Assembly (NCBI GenBank): GCA_965228065.1
Contig: OZ245788.1
Location: forward strand, 2,545,668-2,609,667
DNA length: 64,000 nt
Source of the DNA: Sphingobium sp.
GTDB taxonomy: Bacteria > Pseudomonadota > Alphaproteobacteria > Sphingomonadales > Sphingomonadaceae
Direction of reading: 5' to 3'
Both the position numbers and the translations under genes were made by a program. Each line of letters opens with the position of its first letter. The first letter of the stretch is position 1. Under the pieces are notes generated by a model. The model did no database searches, was not told where the DNA came from, and saw nothing but the letters and a program-made list of their open reading frames with translations. This document shows, piece after piece, positions 53,871 through 61,907 of this stretch.

Positions 53871-54497
53871 ATGGAAATGGCGCGGCGTTTTTCCGAACTG
53901 GTGTTCACGCCGCATGTGAAGGCGATGCAGGAGGTAGAGGGCTCGCGGAGTTCTTACGCCCGCTTCGAAGATCCCGACGCATCGGGCGCCGACCGGCTGG
54001 GCGGAAAGGAAGCGAGCTTCATCGCGGCGCGCGACAGTTTCTACATGGCGACGGTGTCGGAGACCGGCTGGCCCTATGTCCAGCATCGCGGTGGGCCGGC
54101 GGGATTTCTGAAGATGCTCGACGATCGCACGCTGGGTTTCGCCGATTATCGCGGCAATCGCCAATATGTCAGCGTCGGCAATCTCGCCACCGACGATCGC
54201 GTCTCGCTGTTCCTGATGGACTATCCCAATCAGCGGCGGCTGAAGCTGCTTGGCCATGCGCGGATCGTCGACGCGGAAACCGAGCCCGCGCTGCTCGCCC
54301 GGCTGCAGGACCATTATCCTGCGAAGATCGAGCGCGGCATCGTGATCACGGTTGAGGGCTTCGACTGGAATTGTCCGCAGCATATCACGCCACGCTTCAC
54401 CGAGGCTGAGATCGCTGAAGCCGTTCGTCCGCTGCAGGCGCGGTTGGCGGCGCTGGAGGTAGAGAATGCGCGGCTGCGGGCGGATCTCGGCCGATAG
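53871..54497 (+). CDS. Pyridoxamine 5'-phosphate oxidase-like FMN-binding split-barrel protein
   Basis: Motifs include FYMATVSETGWPYVQHRGGPAGF, DYRGNRQYVSVGNL and RRLKLLGHA. It is divergent from the LysR gene. The C-terminal 35 aa look coiled-coil-like. Confidence 0.75.
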   Translation: MEMARRFSELVFTPHVKAMQEVEGSRSSYARFEDPDASGADRLGGKEASFIAARDSFYMATVSETGWPYVQHRGGPAGFLKMLDDRTLGFADYRGNRQYVSVGNLATDDRVSLFLMDYPNQRRLKLLGHARIVDAETEPALLARLQDHYPAKIERGIVITVEGFDWNCPQHITPRFTEAEIAEAVRPLQARLAALEVENARLRADLGR

Positions 54498-54503
54498 GCA
54501 GTG

Positions 54504-55364
54504 CTAATGCAGATGCTTCAGCTTGTCCGGATTGCGCATCACATAGATCGCGGTGACCTTGCCGTCCTCGATCTCCAGCGCGGTGGTTTGAAACTCGCCA
54601 TCGGCTTCGCGCGTGACGAAGCCGGGCAGGCCGTTGATGAAGCCGGCATGGACCAGGGTGGAGGTGTGCTTCTGATAGAGCACCGCCAGCGCCTTGTGCA
54701 GCTTCAGCACATGGTTTGCGCCCAGGATCGGCCCTGGCGCCGCGTTGCGCTTACCGCCGCCATCGGCATGAACGCTGACATCGGCCGCGAGCATTGCGCC
54801 GAGCGCGGTCATGTCACCGCTGCGTGATGCCGCGAAAAAGGCATTGGCGAAATCCAGGCCCTGCTGTTTCTCGACGGCAAAGCGGGGCCGTCCCTCCCGG
54901 ACATGCGCGCGCGCTCGGCTGGCGAGTTGGCGGCACGCGGCTTCGTCGCGCTGGATGGTCTTGGCCACTTCGTCGAAGCTCAGTCCGAACACGTCGTGGA
55001 GCAGGAATGCGGCGCGTTCGAGCGGCGACAGGCGTTCGAGCGCCAGCATCAGCGGGAGGGTGACGTCCTCTGCCTCGTCTTCTTCATCGACGATCGGATC
55101 CGGCAGCCAGGGGCCGACATAGGTTTCGCGCTGGTGCCGTGCGGATTTGAGCTGATCGAGACACAGTCGCGTCACCGTGCGGCGCAGGAACGCCTCCGGC
55201 TCGCGCACCGCCGTGCGGTCCGCGCCCATCCAGCGGATGAAGGCGTCCTGCACCACATCTTCGGCATCGGCGACCGAGCCGAGCATGCGATAGGCGACCC
55301 GGACGAGCCGGGGACGCAGCGGATCGAAACTCGCCGCCGCGTCCTCCAGAGTGGCGTCGCGCAT
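54504..55364 (-). CDS. ECF41-type (SigJ-like) ECF sigma factor with fused C-terminal SnoaL-like regulatory extension
   Basis: The start is MRDATL (ATG at 55364). Region 2 reads DAEDVVQDAFIRW. Region 4 reads LERAAFLLHDVFGLSFDEVAKTI. The C-terminal extension of about 100 aa carries both ECF41 hallmark motifs, DGGGK (VHADGGGKR) and NPDKL (MRNPDKLKHL). Confidence 0.85.
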   Translation of the reverse strand: MRDATLEDAAASFDPLRPRLVRVAYRMLGSVADAEDVVQDAFIRWMGADRTAVREPEAFLRRTVTRLCLDQLKSARHQRETYVGPWLPDPIVDEEDEAEDVTLPLMLALERLSPLERAAFLLHDVFGLSFDEVAKTIQRDEAACRQLASRARAHVREGRPRFAVEKQQGLDFANAFFAASRSGDMTALGAMLAADVSVHADGGGKRNAAPGPILGANHVLKLHKALAVLYQKHTSTLVHAGFINGLPGFVTREADGEFQTTALEIEDGKVTAIYVMRNPDKLKHLH

Positions 55365-55822
55365 CAGGCGGCGGCCTTTGCCGGGGCGAGCTCCAGCCAC
55401 AGGCCGAAACCGACGGCGAGGCGGTTCCAGCCATTGATGATGTTGATCATGAGCGTCAGTTTCACCTGATCCTCCTCGCTGAACTCGGCGGCTAGCGCTT
55501 CGTAGGCGGCGTCATGGGTGTGCCCTTCGGACAGCCGCGTCAATGCCTCGGTCCAGCCGAGCGCGGCACGTTCGCGGGGCGTGTAGCAGGGTGCCTCGCG
55601 CCACGCCGACAGCAGGTAGATGCGCTGCTCGGTTTCGCCCTTCGCGCGTGCCTCGACGGTGTGCATGTTGATGCAGTTTGCGCATGCGTTGATCTGCGAT
55701 GCGCGGATCTTGACCAGTTCGATCAGGCTGGGTTCGAGGCTGGCGGCGACAGCCATCGATGTTCCCATCCAGTTCTTCATCAGGGCGGGCGCGGCGGTGA
55801 AAGGGTCGAGCTTGACGGTCAT
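55364..55822 (-). CDS. Carboxymuconolactone decarboxylase (AhpD-like) family protein, the partner gene of the ECF41 sigma
   Basis: The ORF is 152 aa. The CxxC motif is SQINACANCINMH. The stop overlaps the sigma start (TGATG). Confidence 0.85.
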   Translation of the reverse strand: MTVKLDPFTAAPALMKNWMGTSMAVAASLEPSLIELVKIRASQINACANCINMHTVEARAKGETEQRIYLLSAWREAPCYTPRERAALGWTEALTRLSEGHTHDAAYEALAAEFSEEDQVKLTLMINIINGWNRLAVGFGLWLELAPAKAAA

Positions 55823-55854
55823 GGTTCAGGTCCTTTCTGGAGATCTGATGACAT

Positions 55855-55881
55855 GACGAGACAGGGTTGGCGTGTGTGACA
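55855..55881 (-). promoter_or_regulatory. ECF41-dependent promoter (TGTCACA-N16-CGTC)
   Basis: The minus strand reads TGTCACA (55881-55875), then cacgccaaccctgtct (16 nt), then CGTC (55858-55855). The CGTC ends 32 nt upstream of the CMD ATG at 55822, which has an AAGGA SD sequence. Confidence 0.7.
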
Positions 55882-55940
55882 TGGGGGTGGAAAAATATGC
55901 GGCATGGTTTTGCACTGCGGTTCTTCCGACCGCACCAGAC

Positions 55941-56070
55941 ACCGTTTGTCCCGAGCGAAGTCGAGTGACGTGGCGCGGGCCCTAGACGTCCCTCGACTTC
56001 TCCGCGAAGCGGAGAAGCCTGTCCTGAGCGCCCGCCCTGGCGGGCAGTCGAAGGGCTCGGGACAAACGGT
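55941..56070. repeat. Compound nested palindromic element (REP/MITE-like)
   Basis: The outer 16-bp perfect inverted repeat is ACCGTTTGTCCCGAGC (55941-55956) with GCTCGGGACAAACGGT (56055-56070). Inner palindromes are GAAGTCGAG..CTCGACTTC, CTTCTCCGC-GAA-GCGGAGAAG and GCCCGCC-CTG-GCGGGC. Confidence 0.8.
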
Positions 56071-56081
56071 GGTGTGGAGAG

Positions 56082-56918
56082 CTACGCTATCCGCAAAATC
56101 GCCGCTCCGCCGGCAATCACGCACACCGCCGCGATCCGCGTCGGGCTTACCCGTTCCTTCAGCACCAGTGCCGAGATCGCGGCGCCGAACAGGATCGATG
56201 TTTCCCTGAGCGCCGCGACCACCGCAATGGGCGCCTTGGTCATCGCCCATAGTGCCAACCCATAGGATGCCAGCGTGCAGATCCCGCCGATCAGCCCGAG
56301 ATGCCAGTTGTGCGCGGCATAGGCTGCAAATGCCCGGCGCCGCGCCAGCATAGCCCAGGCGAGCAACGGCAGGCCGGTGAGCAGGAAGATCCACAGCGTA
56401 TAGGCGGCCGGCGTCCCCGATTGGCGGACGCCGATGCCGTCGATCACCGTATAGCCAGCGATGACGATGGCATTGAGCAGCGCGAGTATCACGCCGGTCC
56501 GGTCTCCGCCGCGGCGACCATCTGCCGCCATGCCCAATATGCCGGCGCATATCACGCCGACCCCAATCCAGGCGGGTGGGGCGAGCGGCTCACCCAGCCA
56601 TGCCACACTCGCCAGCGCGACCAGCAATGGTGCGGTACCGCGCATCAACGGATAGGTCTGGCTCATGTCCGCGATGTGATAGGTCGCGGCGACCAACGCG
56701 AAATAGACGATCTGGAACACCGCCGAGATCGCGATGAACGGCCAGCTTTCTATGGCCGGCGTGGGCAGCAGGGGCAGGGCGGCAAGCGCGATCAGCGCAG
56801 CCGATCCGGTGACCAGCACCGTCGTCAGCAGCGTGTCGCTGCCGCCCTTCACCACGGCATTCCACATGGCGTGGAGTGCCGCGGCGAACAGGATCATTCC
56901 GAAGACGGCGATCGGCAT
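56082..56918 (-). CDS. EamA/DMT-superfamily transporter
   Basis: The ORF is 278 aa with 10 TM helices arranged as two EamA-like halves. The N-terminus reads MPIAVFGMILFAAALHAMWNAVVKGG. Confidence 0.85.
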   Translation of the reverse strand: MPIAVFGMILFAAALHAMWNAVVKGGSDTLLTTVLVTGSAALIALAALPLLPTPAIESWPFIAISAVFQIVYFALVAATYHIADMSQTYPLMRGTAPLLVALASVAWLGEPLAPPAWIGVGVICAGILGMAADGRRGGDRTGVILALLNAIVIAGYTVIDGIGVRQSGTPAAYTLWIFLLTGLPLLAWAMLARRRAFAAYAAHNWHLGLIGGICTLASYGLALWAMTKAPIAVVAALRETSILFGAAISALVLKERVSPTRIAAVCVIAGGAAILRIA

Positions 56919-56982
56919 GCCTTGGTCACCATCTTGAAAGCGAACCCGCTGCGACCCTCGACTGAACGCCGTTGCTCGCCGG

Positions 56983-57171
56983 CTAGTCCGACTCGCTGAT
57001 CCGTTTCAGGAATCTGCGCCGCATGCCGCGCCGGCCCGCTGCACGACACGCCTCGCGTTCGGCTTCGGTGAGGAGATTCGCATTGTCTGCGCGATCCGTT
57101 TGGGGATCGGCTTCGGGCGCGATGTCCCGCCAGCGAAAGAGCGTGCGGAGCAGGGCGGTCAGGAAGCGCAT
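56983..57171 (-). CDS. Hypothetical small basic protein
   Basis: The ORF is 62 aa with GC-rich third positions throughout. It lies 64 nt upstream of the EamA gene on the same strand. I recognise no family. Confidence 0.3.
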   Translation of the reverse strand: MRFLTALLRTLFRWRDIAPEADPQTDRADNANLLTEAEREACRAAGRRGMRRRFLKRISESD

Positions 57172-57302
57172 TCGAAATGTTATGACGCGTAGCGAAGCTT
57201 CGCAATGGCGGGATGGGGGGCAATTTTCCGGCTTTCGCGACTCGCTGGCATGGAGCGTGTCCGTCGATTACGAAGCATGGAGTTGTCGTCTGGAAGATCG
57301 CC

Positions 57303-57797
57303 ATGCTGGAAATTGCTGATCATCATCTCGCGCAGATCAATATCGCGCGATTCCGCCTGCCGATGGCCGATCCGGTCAACGCCGATTTCATTGCCAATCT
57401 CGATCGTGTGAATGCGATCGCCGAAGCCAGCCCCGGTTTCGTCTGGCGGTTGATCGGCGAAGACGGCAATGCCACCGATATCCAGGCGTTCGACGATCCC
57501 GATATCATCGTGAACATGTCGAGCTGGACCGATATCGATGCGCTGGCGGCCTTCACTTATCGCGATCCGATCCATCTCGAGATCATGCGCCGCCGCAAGG
57601 AGTGGTTCGAGCGGATGGAATTCTTCATGGCGCTCTGGTGGGTTCCCGCCGGCCATCGCCCGACGCCGGCGGAGGGGAAGGCGCGGCTGGAGTTGCTGCG
57701 TCAGCGCGGGCCGACCGAAGACGCCTTCACCTTCGCGCAACCCTTTGGTCCCCCGGGCGCTGGGCAGGCGAAGCCGCTGCTCGATCGCTGCGCTTGA
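57303..57797 (+). CDS. DUF3291-domain protein (dimeric alpha/beta-barrel-like)
   Basis: The start is MLEIADHHLAQINIARFRLPMADP. The pattern continues ...FIANLDRVNAIAEASPGFVWRL...NMSSWTDIDALAAFTY, which is typical of DUF3291. Confidence 0.7.
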   Translation: MLEIADHHLAQINIARFRLPMADPVNADFIANLDRVNAIAEASPGFVWRLIGEDGNATDIQAFDDPDIIVNMSSWTDIDALAAFTYRDPIHLEIMRRRKEWFERMEFFMALWWVPAGHRPTPAEGKARLELLRQRGPTEDAFTFAQPFGPPGAGQAKPLLDRCA

Positions 57798-57827
57798 CCC
57801 CATAAGCCGCGCGGCTATCTCCGGCAC

Positions 57828-58772
57828 ATGAGCAGCACCGTCATCGCCGCACTTCAGATCGGCTCCGACCCGCGTGGCAAGCAGGCCACGCTCGACGCAA
57901 TCCTTTCGTTCGAGGCGGAGATCGCCGCATCGGGCGCATCGCTGGTCGTCATGCCGGAGGCGTTGCTGGGTGGCTACCCGAAGGGCGAGGATTTCGGAAC
58001 GCGGCTGGGCTATCGTTTGCCGGAGGGACGGGACGCGTTTGCGCGTTACCATGCCAATGCGGTCGATCTCGACGGGCCGGAGGTCGCGGCGCTTGCCGGG
58101 CTGTCCGATCGTACGGGCACCGCGATCGTGCTGGGCGTGATCGAGCGCGCGGGATCGACGCTCTATTGCACCGCGCTCTTCATCGAACCGGGGCAGGGGC
58201 TCGTCGCCAAGCATCGCAAGCTGATGCCGACCGGGCTGGAGCGACTGATCTGGGCGCAGGGCGACGGATCGACCATGCCGGTGATCGAAAGCCGCGCGGG
58301 CCGGGTGGGCGCCGCGATCTGCTGGGAAAACCATATGCCGCTGTTCCGCGCGGCGATGTACTCCAAGAACGTCCAGATCTGGTGCGCGCCGACCGTCGAC
58401 GATCGCGATGTCTGGCGCAGCACGATGCGGCATATCGCGCATGAGGGGCGCTGCTTCCTCGTCAGTGCCTGTCAGGTGATGGGTTCTCCCGGCGAGCTCG
58501 GTACGCAGGCGGATAACTGGGAATCGGATCGCCCGCTGATCCGCGGCGGCAGCATGATCGTGGGGCCATTGGGCGATGTGCTCGCAGGCCCGATCGAGAT
58601 GGAGACCGCACTGATCACCGCGACGATCGATATCGCCGACCTGGCCGGCGCGCGCTACGATCTCGACGTGGTCGGCCATTATTCGCGGCCCGATATCTTC
58701 GGCCTGACGGTGAACGAAACGCCTCGGCCCGGTGTGACGAGGTGGGCCGAGGTGGAGGATGTTGCGGGGTAG
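57828..58772 (+). CDS. Nitrilase / cyanide hydratase-family carbon-nitrogen hydrolase
   Basis: The catalytic Cys motif is AAICWENHMPL. The Glu region is VVMPEA and the Lys region is KHRKLMPT. The ORF is 314 aa. Confidence 0.9.
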   Translation: MSSTVIAALQIGSDPRGKQATLDAILSFEAEIAASGASLVVMPEALLGGYPKGEDFGTRLGYRLPEGRDAFARYHANAVDLDGPEVAALAGLSDRTGTAIVLGVIERAGSTLYCTALFIEPGQGLVAKHRKLMPTGLERLIWAQGDGSTMPVIESRAGRVGAAICWENHMPLFRAAMYSKNVQIWCAPTVDDRDVWRSTMRHIAHEGRCFLVSACQVMGSPGELGTQADNWESDRPLIRGGSMIVGPLGDVLAGPIEMETALITATIDIADLAGARYDLDVVGHYSRPDIFGLTVNETPRPGVTRWAEVEDVAG

Positions 58773-58778
58773 CAACCC

Positions 58779-58871
58779 CCATCGTCATTCCGGCGAAAGC
58801 CGGAATCTCACTGCCTGTTCACGGGCGTAAAAGAAGAAGTGAGATTCCGGCTTTCGCCGGAATGACGGTGG
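58779..58871. repeat. REP/MITE-like element with 33-bp inverted repeats (GTCATTCCGGCGAAAGCCGGAATC family)
   Basis: CCATCGTCATTCCGGCGAAAGCCGGAATCTCAC (58779-58811) matches the reverse complement of 58839-58871 (CCACCGTC...) with 1 mismatch. The spacer is 27 bp. Confidence 0.9.
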
Positions 58872-58874
58872 GCC

Positions 58875-59744
58875 TCAACCCGCCCGGCCAATCCCGTCGA
58901 GCTCCGCCAGCACATCGTCGGACAGCTCCAGCGCCGCCGCCGCGAGATTCTCGCGCAGGTGGGCGACGGACGACGTGCCCGGGATCAGCAGGATGTTCGG
59001 AGACCGATGCAGCAGCCAGGCGAGCGCCACCTGCATCGACGTCGCGCCCAGCCGCGTGGCGATATCGGAAACCACGCCTGACTGGATCGGGTTGAAACCG
59101 CCGAGCGGGAAGAACGGCACATAGGCGATGCCCAGCGCCGCGAGTTCGTCGACCAGATCGTCGTCGGCGCGATGGACGAGATTATAATGGTTCTGCACGC
59201 AGACCACCGTCGCGATCGCGCGCGCTTCGGCAAGCTGGGACGAGGTGACGTTGCTCAGACCGAGATGGCGCACCAGCCCCTGGCGCTGAAGCTCGGCGAG
59301 TGTCTCGAACTGCCGGGCGATCGAGCCTTCCTTCGGACCTTCCAGCCCGCCGACGCGCAGGTTGACGATGTCGATCGCCGCGACGTCGAGATTGCGCAGA
59401 TTGTCGTGCACACCGGCGATCAGGTCGTCGGGGTCGAGTGCAGGGATCCACGAGGCGTCCGCGCCGCGCACTGCGCCGACCTTGCTGACCAGCACCAGAT
59501 CGTCGGAATAGGGGTGCAGCGCCTCGCGGATGATCTGGTTGACGACATGCGGACCATAGAAATCGCTCGTGTCGATATGGTCGACGCCCGCGGCCACCGC
59601 TTCGCGGAGTACGGCAATCGCTGAGTCGCGATCCTTGGGCGGGCCGAAGACGCCTGGGCCGGCAAGCTGCATCGCGCCATAGCCGAGGCGCTTAACCTGT
59701 CGGTCGCCGAGCTGGAAGGTGCCGGCTGTGTCGAGATCGGTCAT
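58875..59744 (-). CDS. Aldo/keto reductase
   Basis: The start is MTDLDTAGTFQLGDRQVKRLGYGAMQL, with AAGGAG 7 nt upstream. Motifs include IDTSDFYG, LVSKVG and LLIPGTSSVAHLREN. Confidence 0.9.
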   Translation of the reverse strand: MTDLDTAGTFQLGDRQVKRLGYGAMQLAGPGVFGPPKDRDSAIAVLREAVAAGVDHIDTSDFYGPHVVNQIIREALHPYSDDLVLVSKVGAVRGADASWIPALDPDDLIAGVHDNLRNLDVAAIDIVNLRVGGLEGPKEGSIARQFETLAELQRQGLVRHLGLSNVTSSQLAEARAIATVVCVQNHYNLVHRADDDLVDELAALGIAYVPFFPLGGFNPIQSGVVSDIATRLGATSMQVALAWLLHRSPNILLIPGTSSVAHLRENLAAAALELSDDVLAELDGIGRAG

Positions 59745-59839
59745 GGCGGGTCTCCTTGATGGGGTGTCCGCCATATGGACCTCGCGCGAATGGACGATAA
59801 GCTGCAGCAATCCAAACAGGCTGTGCGGGATTTCGAACA

Positions 59840-60751
59840 ATGGCGACCGAACTCGACGATCTGTCCACTTTCGCCGCGATCGTGCGTGCCGGCGGTTTCC
59901 GCGATGCCGCGCGGAGGTCGGGCGGCTCAGCCTCGGGCATGAGCGAAGCCGTTCGCCGGCTGGAAGCGCGGCTCGGGGTCCGCCTGCTCAACCGGACGAC
60001 GCGCAGCGTCGCGCCGACCGAAGCCGGCGCCCGGCTGTTCGAGCGGCTGGCGCCTGCACTCAATGAGATCGAGGCGTCGCTGGACGTCGTCAACACATTC
60101 CGCGATCGGCCGGCGGGAACGCTGCGCCTGAACGTACCGGCCAATGTCGCGCGGACCGTGCTGCCGTCGATCGTGATTCCGTTCCTGAAGGCCTATCCGG
60201 ATATCCGGCTGGAAGTGACGGCGGAGGACGGCTTCGTCGATATCCTGGCCTCCGGCGCGGATGCCGGCATCCGGTATGAAGAGCGGCTGGAGCAGGACAT
60301 GATCGCGGTCCCGATCGGCCCGCCGACCCAACGCATCGTGACCGCTGCGTCGCCCGCCTATCTCGCGGCGCACGGCCGACCTGACCATCCGCGCGACCTG
60401 CTGGGCCATGCCTGTATGCGCGGACGATTTTCGGGCGGGGCCACGGCAAGCTGGGAGTTCGAGAAGAAGGGGGAGATCATCCGACTGGATCCGCCCGGAC
60501 CGCTGTTGATCCAGCCTGGCCTGGCTTGCGACCTGATCGTGGAGGCGGCGGTGGGCGGTCTCGGCATCGTCCATCTGTTCGAGGACTGGCTGAAACCGCA
60601 TCTCGAAAGCGGTGCGCTGGAACCGATCCTGGATGAGTGGTGTCAGTGTTTCTCGGGGCCGATGCTCTACTATCCCGGTCGCCACTATCTGCCGACGCCG
60701 CTCAGGGCGTTTATCGATTTCGTGAAAGTGGCGAACCGGAACAGGGGGTGA
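59840..60751 (+). CDS. LysR-family transcriptional regulator (divergent from the aldo/keto reductase gene)
   Basis: The wHTH reads LSTFAAIVRAGGFRDAARRSGGSASGMSEAVRRLE. A LysR effector domain follows. Confidence 0.9.
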   Translation: MATELDDLSTFAAIVRAGGFRDAARRSGGSASGMSEAVRRLEARLGVRLLNRTTRSVAPTEAGARLFERLAPALNEIEASLDVVNTFRDRPAGTLRLNVPANVARTVLPSIVIPFLKAYPDIRLEVTAEDGFVDILASGADAGIRYEERLEQDMIAVPIGPPTQRIVTAASPAYLAAHGRPDHPRDLLGHACMRGRFSGGATASWEFEKKGEIIRLDPPGPLLIQPGLACDLIVEAAVGGLGIVHLFEDWLKPHLESGALEPILDEWCQCFSGPMLYYPGRHYLPTPLRAFIDFVKVANRNRG

Positions 60752-60754
60752 GTG

Positions 60755-61000
60755 TCAGGCGGCGGCGATCTGCCGGGTTGCCTTCGCCGAACGCGCTTTG
60801 GGGAACATCCAGCGCGAAGCCATGACGGCGACGCCGGCGAGGGCATAGCCGCCGACCACGAGCACCGGGTTCCAGAGCAGCATCACGCCCAGCGCAATGC
60901 GGAGCCAGTTGGGGTTGAAGCCGAAATCCTCGCCGATCGCCTCGCAGATGCCGAACATCGTGTCGTTGCGGGCGAAAAGGGACTGGTTGGCGGGCTGCAT
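60755..61000 (-). CDS. PspC-domain membrane protein
   Basis: The ORF is 81 aa. The segment LFARNDTMFGICEAIGEDFGFNPNWLRIALGVMLLW is followed by a TM helix. Confidence 0.7.
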   Translation of the reverse strand: MQPANQSLFARNDTMFGICEAIGEDFGFNPNWLRIALGVMLLWNPVLVVGGYALAGVAVMASRWMFPKARSAKATRQIAAA

Positions 61001-61145
61001 CGACTTGCTCCTGTATCGGGCGGCGAATGGTCCGCCCGGTTCGCAGGCCTCTCAGCATGGATCGTGCCAGAAATGGAAAATGGCGGTTTTCCGTGCAATT
61101 TTCCTACAGTGGTGACGAGGGCTTCTTCGGGCGCCCGGGGGTTTT

Positions 61146-61184
61146 TGATAATGGTTGGGAAATTGCGCCAATTTATCGTGATAT
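61146..61184. promoter_or_regulatory. AT-rich candidate operator (GATAAT-containing; perfect palindrome AAATTG-CGC-CAATTT) upstream of ECF sigma gene 3
   Basis: The sequence is TGATAATGGTTGGGAAATTGCGCCAATTTATCGTGATAT. GATAATGGTTGGGAAATTG matches 10 of 19 positions of the canonical Fur box (manual alignment). The palindrome lies at 61160-61174. Confidence 0.3.
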
Positions 61185-61310
61185 AGTGTTGCGCTCGCAT
61201 TGGCCGAAATCGAACATTTTAAAGAATGCGCGCGGCAGATCGGCGGCCGAAACGGGGGTGATCCTTCGGCTCTTGCCGTTGCAGCGATTCCGCATCACCC
61301 TCGCGCGCGT

Positions 61311-61907
61311 ATGCATCGCTTCGACGAACGCGCCCGATGGTTGGCCCGCAACGTGCTTCCGCACGAGCCGGCGTTGCGTGCGTGGCTGGCGCGGCGCCCG
61401 GTGGCGGGGCTCGACATCGACGATATCGTGCAGGAAACCTATAGCCGGCTGAGCCTGACCGCATCGGTCGAGGATATCCGCAATCCCCGGACCTATCTGA
61501 TCACCACCGCACGATCGGTGATGCTCAGCCATATCCGCCATGCGCGCGTCGTGCCGATGCATTCAATGACGCAACTCGAGGCGATGGATTTCGTCGCCGA
61601 CGAGCCCGATCCGGAAACCATTGCCGCCGATCGCGACGAACTGCGTCGTCTGGCGGAGGCGATCGGCCAATTGCCGCCGCGCACCCGCGAAGTGTTTGTG
61701 CTGCGCCGGGTGAAGGACATGTCGCAGCGCGAGGTGGCACAGCAACTCGGCGTCGCGGAAAGCACGATCGAAAAACAGATGAGCAAGGGATTCAGCCGCC
61801 TCGCCGAAATTCTCGGCAGGGGTGGCAAAGCGGACGCTGGCGCGTCTAGGGATATGACAGAAGGAAATGTTGCGGCACATGCCAAGAGAGACAAGCCAGG
61901 AGATTGA
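61311..61907 (+). CDS. ECF sigma factor, FecI-like, CSS module 3
   Basis: The likely start is MHRFDERARW (ATG at 61311) in ORF 61200-61907. Region 2 reads IDDIVQETYSRL. Region 4 reads REVFVLRRVKDMSQREVAQQLGVAESTIEKQM. Confidence 0.8.
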   Translation: MHRFDERARWLARNVLPHEPALRAWLARRPVAGLDIDDIVQETYSRLSLTASVEDIRNPRTYLITTARSVMLSHIRHARVVPMHSMTQLEAMDFVADEPDPETIAADRDELRRLAEAIGQLPPRTREVFVLRRVKDMSQREVAQQLGVAESTIEKQMSKGFSRLAEILGRGGKADAGASRDMTEGNVAAHAKRDKPGD

